The notes under the pieces are model-generated. The model was not told the origin of the DNA. It saw only the letters and a program-made list of their open reading frames with translations, and did not search any database. Source: an uncultured Bacteroidia bacterium (GTDB lineage Bacteria; Bacteroidota; Bacteroidia; Bacteroidales; F082). From it: a stretch of 64,000 nt of DNA. Shown piece by piece: positions 61,799 to 64,000 of this stretch. The stretch's first letter is position 1. Each line of letters begins with the position of its first letter. The position numbers were made by a program, and so were the translations under genes. The DNA lies in the NCBI GenBank assembly GCA_902774295.1, contig CACYHP010000004.1, positions 70,489 through 134,488 of the forward strand, read 5' to 3'.

Positions 61799-62703
61799 AG
61801 ACTGAGATAAAACTTAAGGGCTTGACCCTTAAAAACCCCGTCATGACGGCGTCAGGCACGTTTGGCTACGGCGAGGAATACGCTGATTTTGTTGACCTTT
61901 CAGAACTCGGCGGCATCATAGTGAAAGGCACTACCTTGCATCACCGTGAGGGAAATCCTTACCCGAGAATGGCTGAAACGCCAATGGGAATGCTTAATTG
62001 TGTAGGTCTTCAAAACAAAGGCGTAGATTACTTCATTGAAACGATTTATCCGAGAATCAGACATTTCGACACTAATGTTATTGTTAACGTAAGTGGCTCA
62101 AACATAGACGATTACGTTGCTGCTGCCGCTAAGATTGACGCACTTGACGACATCCCGGCTATCGAGCTTAACGTGTCATGCCCTAATGTGAAACAAGGTG
62201 GAATGGCGTTCGGTGTGACATGTTCGGGCATCGAGCAGGTGACTAAGGCGGTGCGTGAGGTCTATCACAAACACCTGATGGTGAAGCTTTCGCCAAATGT
62301 GACCAACATAGCTGAGATAGCTCTTGCTGCTGAGGCTGCTGGTGCCGATTCCGTCTCTTTAATTAATACGTTGCTCGGAATGGCTATCGATGCGGAGACA
62401 AGAAAGCCGGTGCTGTCGATGGTGACTGGCGGCTTGTCTGGCGCTTGCGTGAAGCCTGTGGCGTTGCGCATGGTCTGGCAGGTGTCGAAAGCCGTGAAGA
62501 TCCCTGTAATAGGCTTAGGAGGCATCTCATCAGCCACAGACGCTATAGAATTCTTACTTGCGGGTGCATCGGCAATACAGATTGGCACAGCAAACTTCAT
62601 CGACCCCGCAATCTCCGCAAAGGTCGCAAAAGGCATTGTGGAATACTGTGAGAGACAGGGAGTGGGGGATGTCAACGAATTAATCGGAGGGTTGGTTATA
62701 TAA
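61792..62703 (+). CDS. pyrD: Dihydroorotate dehydrogenase (class 1B catalytic subunit)
   Basis: [41 protein letters not shown]. Confidence 0.9.
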   Translation: MVKTEIKLKGLTLKNPVMTASGTFGYGEEYADFVDLSELGGIIVKGTTLHHREGNPYPRMAETPMGMLNCVGLQNKGVDYFIETIYPRIRHFDTNVIVNVSGSNIDDYVAAAAKIDALDDIPAIELNVSCPNVKQGGMAFGVTCSGIEQVTKAVREVYHKHLMVKLSPNVTNIAEIALAAEAAGADSVSLINTLLGMAIDAETRKPVLSMVTGGLSGACVKPVALRMVWQVSKAVKIPVIGLGGISSATDAIEFLLAGASAIQIGTANFIDPAISAKVAKGIVEYCERQGVGDVNELIGGLVI

Positions 62704-63880
62704 TATTCACCTCCGGCTTTATCTCAATTCCAAATTTTTGGTATACTGAATCCTGGATTTTTCGCATAAGATCCAGGATTTCTTGTGGTTTGCCGCCACC
62801 ATAATGCACCAAGACTAGCGCTTGCTTGTCCCATACGCCGACGTGGTTTTCACGGTAGCCTTTCCAGCCGGCACGGTCGATGAGCCATCCTGAAGGGATT
62901 TTGACCTCACTCGAAATGACGGTCTCTCGTTTGTCATTTCGACCGACCGTAGGGAGCGGAGAAATCTCAACTGGATAAGACGGCACATCTGGATATAATT
63001 CCTTGATTTCCATATATTTATCCGTTGTTACTATCGCATTCTGGAAGAAACTTCCGACACTGCCGACGACACCTACCTCGGGCAGCTTCTCGGCACGAAT
63101 CGTTTTTACCGTCGTTGCCACATCCTGCAATGTCGGATTGGTGATGTTTTTGCTTGCCAAATAATTGCGAATGTTGCCGTAATCCAATTTCAATTCACCA
63201 TGTTTTTTTAATACAAAATCAACGGCGAAAATCAATGGATATCCATCAATTTTGTACAAGGCATGCCTTGTACCTACGGATAATGATTTGTCATCCCGTT
63301 GGGACAACGCATGCGTTGTCCGGTTGGAAATCAATTCTTTAAAAACCGAATTCCGATATGAAAACCGGCATTCCTCATTGCTGAAAATCTTGGTTTGTCC
63401 TGTCGCCAAATCAATCGTATGCACATGATAAATAGTGTCTTTCACTTCGGCACCGTAGGCTCCGATGTTCTGAACCGGTGCCGCTCCGACCTTGCCTGGG
63501 ATGTCGGCGAGATTCTCCAAACCATAGAGGTTTTTCGAGATGGTGTAGTCGACGAAATCTTTCCAAACCTCACCGCTATAACAACGGATTTTCACTGTCT
63601 CGCCGGTCTCTTCAAGCGTCTCGATGCCTTTTATGTTAGGGTAGACCACGAAACCATCGAAAAACTCAGAGGAGAAAAGTATGTTGCTGCCGCCACTTAA
63701 GATTAGGATGCGAGACGTGTTGCCGTTGGGACGTGACACTGTCGCGTCTCTACATGCGATAAAATCAGGATTTTGCAATAAATCGCTGATATCTTCCAAA
63801 GATTTTACCTCTTGAAAAAACCTCGTCTTAACATCAAAACCGAATGTGTTGAGCTCACGCAACGAAAAATTCTTCTCCAT
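62696..63880 (-). CDS. murB: UDP-N-acetylmuramate dehydrogenase, carrying several in-frame repeat insertions
   Basis: [28 protein letters not shown] and SAGWLID-like ([13 protein letters not shown]) motifs. Start set at MEKNFSL. At 394 aa it looks longer than MurB proteins as I remember them. Confidence 0.8.
   Translation of the reverse strand: MEKNFSLRELNTFGFDVKTRFFQEVKSLEDISDLLQNPDFIACRDATVSRPNGNTSRILILSGGSNILFSSEFFDGFVVYPNIKGIETLEETGETVKIRCYSGEVWKDFVDYTISKNLYGLENLADIPGKVGAAPVQNIGAYGAEVKDTIYHVHTIDLATGQTKIFSNEECRFSYRNSVFKELISNRTTHALSQRDDKSLSVGTRHALYKIDGYPLIFAVDFVLKKHGELKLDYGNIRNYLASKNITNPTLQDVATTVKTIRAEKLPEVGVVGSVGSFFQNAIVTTDKYMEIKELYPDVPSYPVEISPLPTVGRNDKRETVISSEVKIPSGWLIDRAGWKGYRENHVGVWDKQALVLVHYGGGKPQEILDLMRKIQDSVYQKFGIEIKPEVNII
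62908..62968 (+). repeat. Family A element, copy 8, with a 13-nt inverted fragment (inside murB, read antisense)
   Basis: CTCACTCGAAATGAC...GTCATTTCGACCGACCGTAGGGAGCGGAGAAATCTC, translated on the minus strand as [21 protein letters not shown]. Confidence 0.8.
63254..63273. repeat. Family C perfect 20-nt palindrome inside murB
   Basis: GTACAAGGCATGCCTTGTAC. Confidence 0.85.
63302..63321. repeat. Family C perfect 20-nt palindrome inside murB
   Basis: GGACAACGCATGCGTTGTCC, preceded by the linker CCGTTGGG. Confidence 0.85.
63712..63754 (-). repeat. Family B-like hairpin element inside murB
   Basis: The minus strand reads TGTAGAGACGCGACAGTGTCACGTCCCAACGGCAACACGTCTC. It shares TGTAGAGACG.CACAGTGT with the terminator at 3371 and the linker CCCAACGG with tilS and the other murB insert. 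Confidence 0.65.
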
Positions 63881-64000
63881 TTCTGAAATTTTTTTCAAAA
63901 ATAAAGAAAATTTGCAAACGACAACAGAAAATTCTGTAATTTTATAGCTTGAAATTTTGACCACTTTGAAACGTGTTATCGTATCGGTAATCAATGACTT

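Overview
This window looks like a densely coding chromosomal segment of a Bacteroidota genome, probably Bacteroidales (Prevotella/Bacteroides-like). Lineage clues seen in the sequence are TAnnTTTG -7 promoter boxes in front of most transcription units, no Shine-Dalgarno sequences, three proteins ending in T9SS C-terminal sorting domains, and a tmRNA with tag GENTYALAA. All family names come from reading the translations from memory; no database search was possible.

I call about 50 protein genes, 3 tRNAs (Arg-CCG, Gly-CCC, Val-TAC) and tmRNA. Most genes are housekeeping:
- Energy and redox: korAB plus ferredoxin, lpdA, a DsbD-like reductase.
- Envelope and lipid: lpxH, lpxK, murB, cdsA, psd, an MsbA-like ABC exporter, a PagL-like acyloxyacyl hydrolase, a lytic transglycosylase, a glucosaminidase/LysM protein.
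- Translation and RNA: tilS, proS, rsmG, a TrmH-family methyltransferase.
- Nucleotide metabolism and repair: purB, pyrK-pyrD, mazG, a purine nucleoside phosphorylase, uvrA.
- Other: GH2 hydrolase, M16 and M20 peptidases.

The accessory-looking parts are three T9SS cargo genes. One is a 1772-aa multidomain protein and one is frameshifted. Two membrane-anchored AraC-type regulators and a small PEP-CTERM-like protein lie next to them.

The most unusual signal is not a gene cluster but several families of short repeats:
1. A ~39-nt element with conserved ends, plus GC-rich palindromes, sits in-frame inside tilS and murB and forms the C-terminal tails of lpxH and a flavin reductase. Copies are read in different frames and orientations, reminiscent of Rickettsia palindromic elements.
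2. Tandem arrays with a 7-8 nt period carry stop codons and lie exactly at gene ends. Two of them form a perfect 20-nt inverted repeat around rsmG and the glucosaminidase gene.
3. An array of eight 17-19 nt units (four direct, four inverted), each containing a mini-hairpin, abuts the pyrK start codon.
4. A 19-nt tandem motif follows both AraC genes.

I saw no CRISPR array, integrase, transposase or recognisable defence system.
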